Below are positions 52,353 through 64,000 of a DNA stretch of 64,000 nt, piece by piece. Every line of letters begins with the position of its first letter. The first letter of the stretch is position 1. The position numbers were made by a program, and so were the translations under genes. The stretch covers positions 51,770,001-51,834,000 of the forward strand of contig OX597823.1 of NCBI GenBank assembly GCA_951406725.2. The letters run 5' to 3'. A model generated the notes under the pieces. The model made no database searches, was not told where the DNA came from, and worked only from the letters and a program-made list of their open reading frames with translations. The DNA comes from Octopus vulgaris (Eukaryota).

Positions 52353-53133
52353 TACACAGGCATAACAGAAGTAAATAGACACCCCCATAAAATATTGTTT
52401 TATGTTTATTTTTACTTGAAAAGGTTTATATTTTTTATTAATTGGTATTTTTATGTTTCATGTTCTATATGTGACTGTTTGATATCATGTACAAAAGAAG
52501 CCTTGGAACTATCAGAATTTTAAGGAGGTTTTATTGTGGGTCAAACTGAGGGTGGAAACCTTGGAATCTTGCTTTCTACAGTCAATAGAATGATTGTGCA
52601 ATTCACCAGGGCCCTCTGACAGGACCCTTCTCTTTGTTAAGAGAAGTGTGAAAGATCTTTGTTGCCATAGAATGACAAGTTGATGTCAGTCCCAGAACAG
52701 CTGTCAGGTATCTCCACAAACTTGGTTACTATGGCAGAACACAGCTAAAAAAAAACACAAGATTGGCTGGAAAGAGAATGGCATTAAAAAGCTTCTATGG
52801 CCAAGCCAATCACCAGATATGAACCCTATTGAACATCTCTGGGGAATAATAGACAGGACATTTCACAAAGATAACAAGAAAGCATTCTCAATGGCAGATC
52901 TTTTGAGATTTCTGCAAGAAACTTGGTAAGAAATTCCTCAAGCGAATATTTGTCATCTGATCAGTTGCATGCCTAATTCATCCTTGCATTGAAAAGGGTG
53001 AAGAGTATGTCTGTTAAATATTAGATATTCACATTGTAATAATAATTGACAAATAATTTGAATGAATAATTTCAAATTTAAGTAAATTTTAATGATTATA
53101 AGTGTGTCTATTTACTTCTGTCATGTCTGTGTA
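52353..53133 (+). mobile_element. Tc1-like transposon, internally deleted
   Basis: TA-flanked TIRs cacaggcataacagaagtaaatagacac / gtgtctatttacttctgtcatgtctgtg; WPSQSPDMNPIEHLW at 52798-52842. Confidence 0.93.
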
Positions 53134-53381
53134 TATTTGGCATTGAATTGGTAGAAGAACAGTATACAATATTTGTGACAGTATTTGTATCAACTTTGTG
53201 TCGTGAGTTTAACTCTCATATAATGTCACAGGGAGAGCTGAAAAGGATCATAGACTTGGGTACTTTTAAGTCGCAGCTCAAATATATCATCTGGTTTCTG
53301 CCTAACATAGCACACCAGCTGGCAGGAGGAATGCAAGGTTCTTTTAACTCCTGTATACTGAATGAATATAAAAGAGTGTTT

Positions 53382-53440
<59 letters not shown>

Positions 53441-54394
53441 TAGATATACATATGCATATACATATACATATAGATAGATAGAAACACACACACTCACACA
53501 CACTCCATTTGCTGAAAGTTTGAAATATCAATCCTGATTGTTCAGATGAGAAACTTGTCTGCTATTTTAGTCTTCTCGATTCTGGTATGTTAAAAGCCGA
53601 AGGAAATGATCCATACCTTTTGCAGAGAAAAGATGCAGAATCGTTCTAACAAGGGAGTGTCTACATCTGTGGAAAAACAGCAAGTGAATGACCCTGTAAT
53701 GCCTTAAACAAGAGAAGCATATATTAGATAATGTAGTCCCTAGTTACCCTTAAAAAGATGATACAGCCACAACTGAATGCTTCTGATCATAGGGTTTATC
53801 AATCAGATTTGGCTTGGCCTAAACTACAATAACAGCAATGACAAGAATAACAGCAACAACAGCTGCAAAATACTGATGCTTCTGTTAACAAACCATTCTT
53901 ATAGAAAATATGAAGGGAAGCAAAAACAAAAAAAAGAAAAGCAAAATAAACTGCGGGCAAGGTGGTTTTATAGTAAAGATAATCAGTTAGTTTTTAGATA
54001 TGCCTGGACTATTGATGAGTGGTCTGGGAGTTAATAGTTTTGAAACACAAAGTTCTGAGTTTCAATCCTTCAATAGATGACATCATTTTTAAGTCTCTAT
54101 GATCAATAAAACAACAAGAATCAGCACATAGGGACTATTGATTGAAAAGTGAAGCACGTTTGGCGTGGATCTCTGAATTAACCTTCACACTCATTCTAAG
54201 CATTTGATTAGTTAATAAATATCATCCATGCATATTGTCCATATTGCATATCTGCTCAGCTGGTGAGTAGAAACTTGCTATAAAACAATGTCCTTGGCAG
54301 GAAAATTTTTGCATTCTCTGTTTATTACAATGGTGCAAATAACACAGATTTTTCTCCAGAGGCTAAAAGAAACAAACCAATATAACTTTGTGTG

Positions 54395-54499
54395 CGTGCA
54401 CATATATGTACATATATACATACATACATACATACATACATACATACATAAATACATATATATACATCTAAATATATATATATATATATATATATATAG

Positions 54500-54540
<41 letters not shown>

Positions 54541-54665
54541 GATAGATAAGTAAATACATATACACACACATTTATATACACATATATACATATATGAATA
54601 TGTGTATATATATATATATATACTCACACGCATTTATATACACAGAGATACATATACAAATATAA

Positions 54666-54725
<60 letters not shown>

Positions 54726-54824
54726 GTATATATATATATGTATATGTATATGTATATATATATATGTATATGTATATATATATATATGTGTATATATATA
54801 TATGTGTGTGTGTGTATATGTGTA

Positions 54825-54904
<80 letters not shown>

Positions 54905-55115
54905 GGATATATATATATGTATATATATATATAATTATTAGCCTGTTAGCTATTTGCAACTTAATGCTTAAATATGTATATATACATACACACACACACA
55001 CACATAAGTATGTATGTATATATATATGCATGTCTACACACACATGCACACACATATATATTTACAGACATACACACACACACGCATATACATTTACACA
55101 TACACACGTGAATAT
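54395..55115. repeat. Long compound (TA)n/(TACA)n/(GATA)n/(CA)n tract
   Basis: Seen directly. Confidence 0.95.
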
Positions 55116-55889
55116 ATACTCTATTGCATTGTTTAAAGCTAATATTTCTTGAATGTATACACTATCACTTAAAAGGACATACACTTTATACTACCTTGCT
55201 GTATTCACCACACATAACATACAAGAGAGATATAACGAAATGTTTTCTGCTGGAATATTCTAGCTTAAATGATAAATGCCCGCATAACTGTTATTAGCAT
55301 TAGTTAAGCTGATAAAGTGCTCCAAAATAGTCGCACAGGGAACCATTTCAATTCATCTTACAATTTCATTTCACTTGATTATTTCTCGCAAACCACTCAG
55401 GTGAAAATGTGGCATGTTAAAATATTCCATGATTTATCTTATGTCAACTGCTTCAATGTAAATAAGATGTTTTATGAGGCCCTAAACTTTTGGTCAGATA
55501 TTGAGCTACATTTTCTGTCTTTTGGGAAAGTAATTTATTCACTTATTATGTAAAATTTCTGAAAATATTTTAATTTTACAATGCCTAACATATTGAAAAC
55601 ATTATGTCATTGCAGATAATGTTTGATAGGAGAAAGTTATTGTTACAAAGTGCACTGAAAGCTTTTATTTTAATCAGAGATAGTTGCTGATGTTGTAAAC
55701 ACTGATAGTGAACATATTGTCTTTACCTTGAAATCTTGAAATCGAACATCAGGGGTATCTTAAGTTCTATTCAATAGTCAACAAAACATTATGAAGCTAC
55801 ACACACACACACACATCATCATCATCCTAATTTAACGTCCACTTCCCATACATGTGTATATAAATGTGGACAGAAAGCACGTGTATATA

Positions 55890-56110
55890 AAGCTGGCAGA
55901 AACGTTAGCACGCCAGGCAAAATGTGTAGCTGTATTTCGTCTGCCGTTACGTTCTGAGTTCAAATTCCACCGAGGTCAACTTTGCCTTTCATCCTTTCAG
56001 GGTCGATAGGTTAAGTACCAGTTCACTGGGGTCGATGTAATCAACTTAATCCATTTGTCTGTTCTTGTTTGTCCCCTCTGTGTTTAGCCCTTTGTGGGTA
56101 GTAAAGAAAT
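55890..56110 (+). mobile_element. SINE family B
   Basis: Matches 3125-3352. Confidence 0.9.
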
Positions 56111-56382
56111 ATATATATGTGTGTGTATGTGTGTATGTATGCACAAAATATATTCATTTATTATGTTATATAGAATATTGAATCTATTTTTTCCATATTG
56201 GCATAGATTAAGGAATTGCTAATTTGAGGTGGTTTTTCTTATGGTGCGATACCTTTCCTGTCACCAACCATTACCAGCTTTTCAAGTAAAGATTATTTTA
56301 TTCTTGTAGATTTAGAAAGTGCAGAGCTTCAGAACATATTGCTCTTAAGCAATGTAAACATAACATTATTGTTTTATATACA

Positions 56383-56550
56383 TATGCAGATGAGGACAGC
56401 TGCATCAAACTCTCTCATGCACCAAATGGCAATTGCTAAAAAGCATTCGTGAAGTAAAATCATGTAGCAACACCAAATGGTGGTGCCCCAGCATGGCCAC
56501 AGCTCGTGAGCTGAAACTAGATAAAATAAAATAAATAAAATAAATAAAAA
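56383..56550 (+). mobile_element. LINE 3' end sharing its tail with SINE A
   Basis: MRTAASNSLMHQM remnant, then ggtgccccagcatggccacagctcgtgagctgaaactag and (TAAAA)n. Confidence 0.6.
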
Positions 56551-56787
56551 TATACAAGCAAACAAACAAGCATACATACAGACATCTAGATATAGAAATA
56601 CACATGCATACATACATATGTATTTACGTATGCATGTATGTATGTATGTATGTATGTATGTATGTACGTATGTATGTATGTATGTATGTATGTATGTATG
56701 TATGTATGTATGTATGTATGTATGTATTTGTTTTACTTTATTTTTGCTTGCTAGCAAGGTAAATTATTGATTTGCTACAAACTGGTC

Positions 56788-57340
56788 TGTTGAGTCAAAT
56801 GTCTTGCAATATTTTGGAAACTCAAGGTGGCGAGCTGGCAGAAATGTTAGCACACCGGGTAAAATGCTTAGCAGTATTTCATCTGTCTTTATGTCCTGAG
56901 TTGAAATTCTCCCAAGGTCAACTTTACCTTTCATCCTTTCGAGGTCGATAAATTAAGTACCAGTTGCATACTGTGGGTCGATCTAATCGACTGGTTCCCT
57001 TCCCAAAAATTTTGGGCCTTGTGCCTAGAGTAGAAAAGGAATATTTTGGAAACTCATTTGCTTTATTCGTCAAGTTACAACAAAAGCAGTCTAATATTCA
57101 TGCCCATGTTTGGTGACAGGTGCCAAAAGCTGGCCCTTGCATAAGCTTCAGTAGACGAGTTCTTTGTCTTAAAAGAACAAGCATTGGTATCAGTGTGGGA
57201 TCAAAGAACTGGCAGAAAGGTGGCTTTATTCAATGCAACATGGTGGCCTCTACTTTGAATGCTTGGGATGTTTGTTGCTGTAACTTCATGAATAAAGCAA
57301 CCATGTTACAAAAATTTTGCAAAATTTTTGACTTAACACA
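56788..57340. mobile_element. MITE with ~70-bp imperfect TIRs, interrupted by SINE B (56825-57039)
   Basis: Ends tgttgagtcaaa.. / ..tttgacttaaca; the SINE is flanked by the 17-bp TSD aatattttggaaactca (56808-56824 and 57040-57056). A half copy lies at 12808-12975. Confidence 0.8.
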
Positions 57341-57349
57341 ATATATTTA

Positions 57350-57812
57350 TATCGAAATCAAATTTGATGGCTGGCATCCGAGCTAGTGGGCACTAAGAGT
57401 ACCATATGAGTGTAATTGATGCCAGAGCATCAAACTGGTTTCCGTGCTGGTGGCACGTAAAAAGCACCATTTGAGTGTGATCATTATCTGCGTTGCCTTA
57501 CAGGCACCTGTGCCGGAGGCACCTGTAAAATCATTTGAGCGAGGTCATTGCCAGTGCCACTGGACTGGCTCCTGTGCAGGTAGCACCATTTGAGAGTGGC
57601 CGTTGCCAATACCACCTGACTGTCACTGGTGCCGTTAGCACGTAAAAGCACCCACTACACTCTTGGAGTGGTTGGTGTTAGGAAGGACATCCAGCTGTAG
57701 AAACTCTGTCATATCAGATTGGAGCCTGGTGCAGCCATCTGGTTTGCCAGACCTCAGTCAAATTGTCCAACCCATGCTAGCATGGAAAGCGGACGTTAAA
57801 CGATGATGATGA
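57350..57812 (+). mobile_element. Repeat family C
   Basis: As 50915-51243, with more subrepeats. Confidence 0.85.
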
Positions 57813-57999
57813 GGAGGAGGAGGATCTCCTATGTGAGCATGGAAAAACAGATGTAAAATGATTAAACAAAGAAGCATACATACTACCAAGCATGTTAATT
57901 TTTTTTTGTATTTTTACCATTTCATCATGGAAAGAATGGCACACATGAGTCACTTAATTTTCAGAACCTTCTGAAATTGATAAGGAAGAATGAAGTTAT

Positions 58000-58568
58000 C
58001 ATCAACCAGAAGGCTTGCAACAGAATTGCCTCTGTTCAAAGTACCCAAAACCAAGTGAGTGTTTTCAACAAAACCGTTGATCCAGTCACTTTAGCTGGAT
58101 GACCTCCCTCAAATGCTTTAAAATGTTACAATAGAACTCTCAATTGATGGTCTGGTCCTAGAGGAGAATTCCTGATGCACAATACGACATACCACATTTC
58201 TGGGGTTGGCAGGTCTTCCAGATCACTCATTATCTTCCAGGGACATTCTTCCACTTTTAAAGCACTCATGCCACTCAAAATATTGCATACAACCCATTGC
58301 TTCATCACCATAAGCTTCCTCAATGTCTCTGTAGCAGACTTCTAAAGTTTAACACAAAATTTCACATTGGCTCTTTGTTCCTGTTCATGACAAGATTGCA
58401 AACTAACATATACATGTGATCACAAACTTACGATGTAAACACGGCAATGTCATTTAGCACACTGCTTCATGAAGATTACTACTAGCTCTCACTGAGCACA
58501 CAACCATGTGTTGCCACCTGTTGGCACACTACAGAATCAGTCCGAGCACTTTTTGATATTACCTTGTA
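58000..58568 (-). mobile_element. Mariner relic, same family as 36328-37190
   Basis: TIR actttttgatattaccttg-TA; the reverse complement of aatgtgaaattttgtgttaaact..gtctgctacagagacattga is present. Confidence 0.85.
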
Positions 58569-59050
58569 TTTACTATTCTCAATCATCTGCCATATATAAA
58601 GATTACCTTTTCTGTCAACCTGTCTGAGATCCTACTATACTTCTTATGAATCCTTCAGCTGACAATTATAATGCAATCTTGGATTTCATTTGCCAGGAAC
58701 TAATTTATCCCTTGATTTGTGTAACTTGCCAGAATCATGTAATATTCCTTTAAAAAGTTGTTGCCAGGCTATGGATAAATAGAGAATTCAACAAGACCAG
58801 CCAAAATGTTCTAAAAACATGTAAGAAAATAATCTTTCATCTTTTGGTTTTTTAATTGTTTCAGTCATTAGATTGTGGCCATGCTGGGGCACTGTCTTGA
58901 GGAATTTTAGTTGAACTGGTCGATCCCTGTACTTGGATATAAGTACACCAACACCAGTAGTTAAGTGGTGGTAGTGTGACAAACACAGACACAAAAATAT
59001 ACACACATAGATGTATACATACACACACACACACACATATATATACATAT

Positions 59051-59840
59051 AAAGAGAAAGAGGAGTAAGAAAGAAATTAGCAGAAAACTAAAAGTGGAGA
59101 CATATAGTGCGACAGGTGAATAAGAATATTCTATCTAGGTCCTTTACTTATGATAAAGGTAAATCTTTTTGTTTGCTTTGTAACAATGAACTGCATTTCA
59201 TCCTGTTCTCAGAGAATCCTCTTGTAAACACATTTAAAGTATGCGTTTATCATTGCAAACATTGGCAGAAACATACCTTTAGATCCTATAATTTCTACCA
59301 GTCTATAAAATTCGACCTTTTACTGTCTTCTTACATCTCACTTCCACTAAGTATATCTATTTGAATGCCTTTAATCATTATTCCTATTCACCTATTGCAT
59401 TATATTTCTCCACTTTTAGTTTTCTGCTAATTTCTTTTTTCCTCCGCCTTCTCTTTCTATAAATTGCCTTTCACGTTATATCTATTAAGTTTATTTTTGA
59501 TAAAATAACTTACCAGCATTCCCTTCATATGCAGTAATCACATTCAGTTAAAATCTCTTGATGCGTTTTGTTTCTCTTTATTTCTCTGATGAGAAGATTG
59601 CATTGTTTTACTTCATTTTACTCCTTCTGGAATAATAACAATGTTTTCTTCAAAACATATGTCGGAAGCATAAAGGTTTGAATAACACCTACATTTAACT
59701 CCATTTATTTATTTATCTCTATATATATTATTTAAAAACATTTCAATAAACCCTTGAATTTCTACCTTTTTAAGTAGGCTGTTACATCCTTGGTACTTAT
59801 GCGAATTTTTGCTACCCTGGTAACAATTTATTTTTTTGTC
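59051..59840 (+). mobile_element. pLTR-like cassette with inverted repeat and hammerhead
   Basis: Inverted repeat 59051-59128 / 59378-59456; downstream sequence (aactccatt, tttgctaccc.ggta) shared with 14450-14850. Confidence 0.7.
59580..59668 (+). ncRNA. Type I hammerhead ribozyme motif with G12->A change
   Basis: ttct-CTGATGA-gaagattgcattgtt...aacaatgttttcttc-AAAA-CATATG-TC-ggaa. Confidence 0.8.
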
Positions 59841-61279
59841 CATGTTATTTGTAAACATTGAAAAATATGCATACATTTATCAAAAATACACACACTCACA
59901 TACACACACACACATACACACATATATAGTAACAAACTGAGGAAAAGAGATCCTTAAAAGGGATGTGTTAAACATCCAATTCACAGGTTGAATACTATAT
60001 AAATATGGGTATTATGCAATTACAAAGATAAATTAAATAGAAAGGTACTATATATTTTATGATATATATATATATATATATATACATACACACACACAGA
60101 CATATAGACAATCAGCTTCTCTCAGTTTCTGTCTGCCAAATCCTCCCACAAGGCTTTGGTCTGCTTGAGACTATAGTATAAGACTTGTGTCCAAGGTTCC
60201 AAGCAGTGGGTCTGAACCCAGAACCATGTGGTTGAGAAGCAAATTTATTATCACACAGCCACACCTGCACCTATATGTCATGAAGTTTTACAAATTCTCT
60301 AATTTATCAATGCAACAGCAGTGTTTCATGAACATGTGCATGCTTCTATGGTTTTGTGGATGCCATGTGAATTTGAGAACACTAGGAGTAACTAGAAGTC
60401 ATTACTTCTTCATAATAGTAATTTCAATAATCAGTAAATGACATTTGAGTTTCAAATCATTAGACTTCTTTGACTTATCAAGCATATCGAGCAATTCACA
60501 TAACATTCATTTGATTTAAAACTTAAAGTAATCACTCGAACATGTGATTTGATAAATATTCTGTTTCTCTTCATTTAACTTTGATTGGCGTAATTAATAT
60601 ATATCAGACTACAGCAAAATGTTGTTAATGCTTCAGGACAAATGCCTTCCAGAAATTCAAAATTTCAGTTGCTTTTGAATAGCAACTGTTCTAGAGCTAA
60701 TAGTTCTTGATAAAATTCCCACTGAACTTTTATTTAAAAAAAAGATATTTAATTTCAGTATATTTAATTTTATTATATATTTGGTTTTAATTTTGTATTA
60801 ATAATCCCTTTAAATCAGTGAGTAATGGTAGAATATCTATTAAAATAGTTGTTATTAAACTAACAATAGTTCTCTTCAGCCAACCTACGACTGAAATTAC
60901 CTGTCTAAGAGAAATGTTGTAATCATATTTTAACTGTATTTCATATCCACAACAACTTCTTTAAACCAATTATCACTACTGGTTCATCATTGATAAGTTA
61001 AATATATTTTGATTTGGATTTTAATGTTATATAAATCTTCTAGAGTTTTCTCTACTTAATAACCACTTGTCGATGCTATGAGGTTATATATTTTCAATAT
61101 CATTAATTATCAAAGCGTGATCAAGACTGGAGCCTGGTGCAGCCATCTGGTTTGCCAGTCCTCAGTCAAATCGTCCAACCCATGCTAGCATGGAAAGTGG
61201 ACGTTAAACGATGATGATGATGATGATGATGTATGGCAGAATTTGTAGAACTCAAAATACTTTGCAGTATGTCTTCAAT

Positions 61280-61931
61280 CTCTTACTTATTTCAGTCATT
61301 AGACTGAGGCCATGCTGGGGCACAGCCTTGAAGGAACTTTTTAGTCAAACCAATCAACCATAGGTGCAGGAGTGGCTGTGTTGTAAGTAGCTTGTTTACC
61401 AACCACATGGTTGCGGGTTCAGTCCCACTGCGTGGCACCTTGGGCAAGTGTCTTCTGCTATAGCCCCGGGCCGACCAATGCCTTGTGATTGGATTTGGTA
61501 GACAGAAACTGAAAGAAGCCTGTCGTATATATGTATATATATATATATGTGTGTGTGTGTTTGTGAGTCTGTGTTTATCCCCCTAGCATTGCTTGACAAC
61601 CGATGCTGGTGTGTTTACGTCCCCGTAACTTAGCGGTTCGGCAAAAGAGACCGATATAATAAGTACTGGCCTTACAAAGAATAAGTCCCGGGGTCGATTT
61701 GCTCGACTAAAGATGGTGCTCCAGCATGGCCGCAGTCAAATGACTGAAACAAGTAAAAGATAAAAAAAAAAAGATAAACCCCAGGACTGGTGTTTATCCT
61801 ATCAGTCTCTTTTGCTGAACTGCTATGTTATTGGGATGTGAACACACCAACACCAGCTATCAAGCAGTGACGAGGGACAAACACAGACACAAAGACACTC
61901 ACACATGCAGACATATATGTATGTATATATG

Positions 61932-61974
<43 letters not shown>

Positions 61975-62250
61975 ATATATATATATATATATACATATAT
62001 ATGTATTTATATATGTATGTATGTATTACGTATGTATCTGTACATATATAACATATATATATATATATATATATATATGCAATGGGCTTCTTCTTTTCAG
62101 TTTCTGTGTACTAAATCCACTCACAAGACTTTGGTCAGACAGAGGCTATAGTACAAGACACTTACCCAAGGTGCCACACAATGAGAGTGAACCTGGCACC
62201 ATGTGGTTGGGAAGCAAGCTTTTTACCACAAATGCATGTGTGCACCTATG
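61280..62250. mobile_element. Young SINE A (+, 61361-61775) nested inside an older SINE A (-)
   Basis: The minus-strand tail at 61280-61360 resumes at 61776-62250. Confidence 0.88.
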
Positions 62251-63229
62251 TTTATCTACATAAATATAGAAAATTGTTTCTGAATATATACTTTTTATGA
62301 AGAAATAGACAGCCAAATTCTTCACTTTCTGGGTTTAAGCCCTGCCTATACAGATGTTGCTTTTCCTTTTTCCAAGACAGATGCAATAACATCCAGTAAT
62401 ACACTGGACATTGATTCAATTGAATACCCTCTTCTATAATTTTAATTAATATAATTTACTAACATAACAAAGACTGCCAAATCCTATCTCGGTCAACTTT
62501 GTCTTTCGCTCTCCCTAGCATCAATAAAATGAGTACAAGAGATATTCTGAGGTTAATTTCATCAACTGTCTCCTCATATCGACATGGACTTGGACTTATG
62601 ATTAAAACAAAATGTTCTAATTGCTGAGAATATTTTGAATCTGCTAAGATAATGCTTATTTTTTCTCACTAGTGTGACAGGAACCAGCTTCTTTTGTTTA
62701 TTAAAATGTTTTTATTGACAGAGGCTTTCGATTCAAATGCTCCATCATCCTGTGGATAGTCTGTTTTTTTTTTTTCTTGTTGATCTGGGTTGGACAGATC
62801 TTATGCCATCTTGCTCTCTGCTTTAGATCATTATGGTACTTTGTCAGCCGTTTGTCTTGCTAATGAATATTTTATTGAAAAGATGTTATATAGAGTCATT
62901 TAACCATGATTTGAACAACAGAACAACATGCTAGAAATAGCAGCTACAGCTATATCAAATCACACCCAGCATGGGATAAAATAAATTCTAAAAATACAGA
63001 CAACATGGTAATTGTTAGAGTGGCTTTTAATCATATTGGAGCTGACCTAGGGTTAAACAACAACAATAAAATACACACACACATGTATGCACACACACAC
63101 GCATGCAGGCGTGCACACATAAACATTGACATACACAAACATATACGTACACATATACACACATACTCACTCTTTGTTATACAGTCAGTGTTTGTTGTAT
63201 GATCTCCAGATATATAAGAACATAGTATA

Positions 63230-63541
63230 TTTGGACGGTGGCGCATAAAAAGCACATATCCGAATGTGGCCGATGCCAGTGGCGCCTTGACTGGCTTCCA
63301 TGCCGGTGGCACATAAAATGCACAAACCGATCGTGGCCGTTGCCAGCCTCCCCTGGCATCTGTGCTGGTGGCACCCACTACATTCATGGAGTGGTTGGCA
63401 TTAGGAAGGGCATCAAGCTGTAGAAACACTGCCAGATCAGACTGGAGCCTGGTGCAGTCTCCTGGCTTCGCAGACCCTGGTCAAACCGTCTAACCCATGC
63501 TAGCATGGAAAACGGACGTTAAACGATGATGATGATGATGA
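63230..63541 (+). mobile_element. Repeat family C
   Basis: As 50915-51243; a short copy also lies at 61118-61230. Confidence 0.88.
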
Positions 63542-64000
63542 TATCTGAGTGTCATAGTTCATCTTGAGGTTGACTTAGCTTAAGTACCAATAAGCCAGAG
63601 TCATCAGTGGTGATCAGAGAATAGAATAGACACCATCCATGCATCCCCACTGCCACCACCACCACTGCTGCCACTGGTACCACTACCATCACAATCAACA
63701 CCATCACAAGTATACAAACATCTTATTATGAATGATATGAAACAATTTAATGGCTATATTTAATGAAGGCATAATCACAATGTATATATAAATGCATTCA
63801 GTTTTTTCTGCATACATACATACATACATACACACATACATATACACTTACATATATACATGCATATATATTATTGGATGTACTTCCATATGTTATTGGC
63901 AATTTTACAATTTGATCAGCAAAGACATGTGTTGAAAAGCAGTTGTAATGACACTTAGCATATTAGAACATTCGCCAGCAATTATCAACCAATGATGCAA

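Larger units (their letters stand above)
58835..60272 (-). mobile_element. SINE family A split by a ~1-kb insert in its internal microsatellite
   Basis: 3' half at 58835-59045 and 5' half at 60085-60272, in the same orientation and correct order. Confidence 0.75.

Overview
This is AT-rich, repeat-dense animal genomic DNA. The SINE families, (TA)n/(CA)n/(CAT)n microsatellites and transposon mix look like an octopus (coleoid cephalopod) intron or intergenic region; that assignment is my recognition, not a database result. No intact host protein-coding gene can be supported, and nearly all listed ORFs are microsatellite or SINE read-through. Recognisable content: non-LTR retrotransposon fragments (R4/Dong-type RLE element, CR1-type, RTE, Penelope-like RT, probable R2 3' end), Tc1/mariner relics, piggyBac-type TTAA MITEs, hAT-like MITEs, four or more SINE families, and 5S and 28S rRNA pseudogenes. 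Highlights: (1) about 8-10 minimal type I hammerhead ribozyme motifs with palindromic helix III, several inside (TA)n-flanked Penelope-pLTR or retrozyme-like cassettes, including a 584-bp terminally redundant unit with an intact core; (2) an orphan R2/28S junction at the canonical R2 site that appears to interrupt an unidentified decayed ORF; (3) a reiterated 5' end on the Dong-type element, long hairpins, and a telomeric-repeat insertion. Coordinates were counted by hand and element boundaries are approximate.
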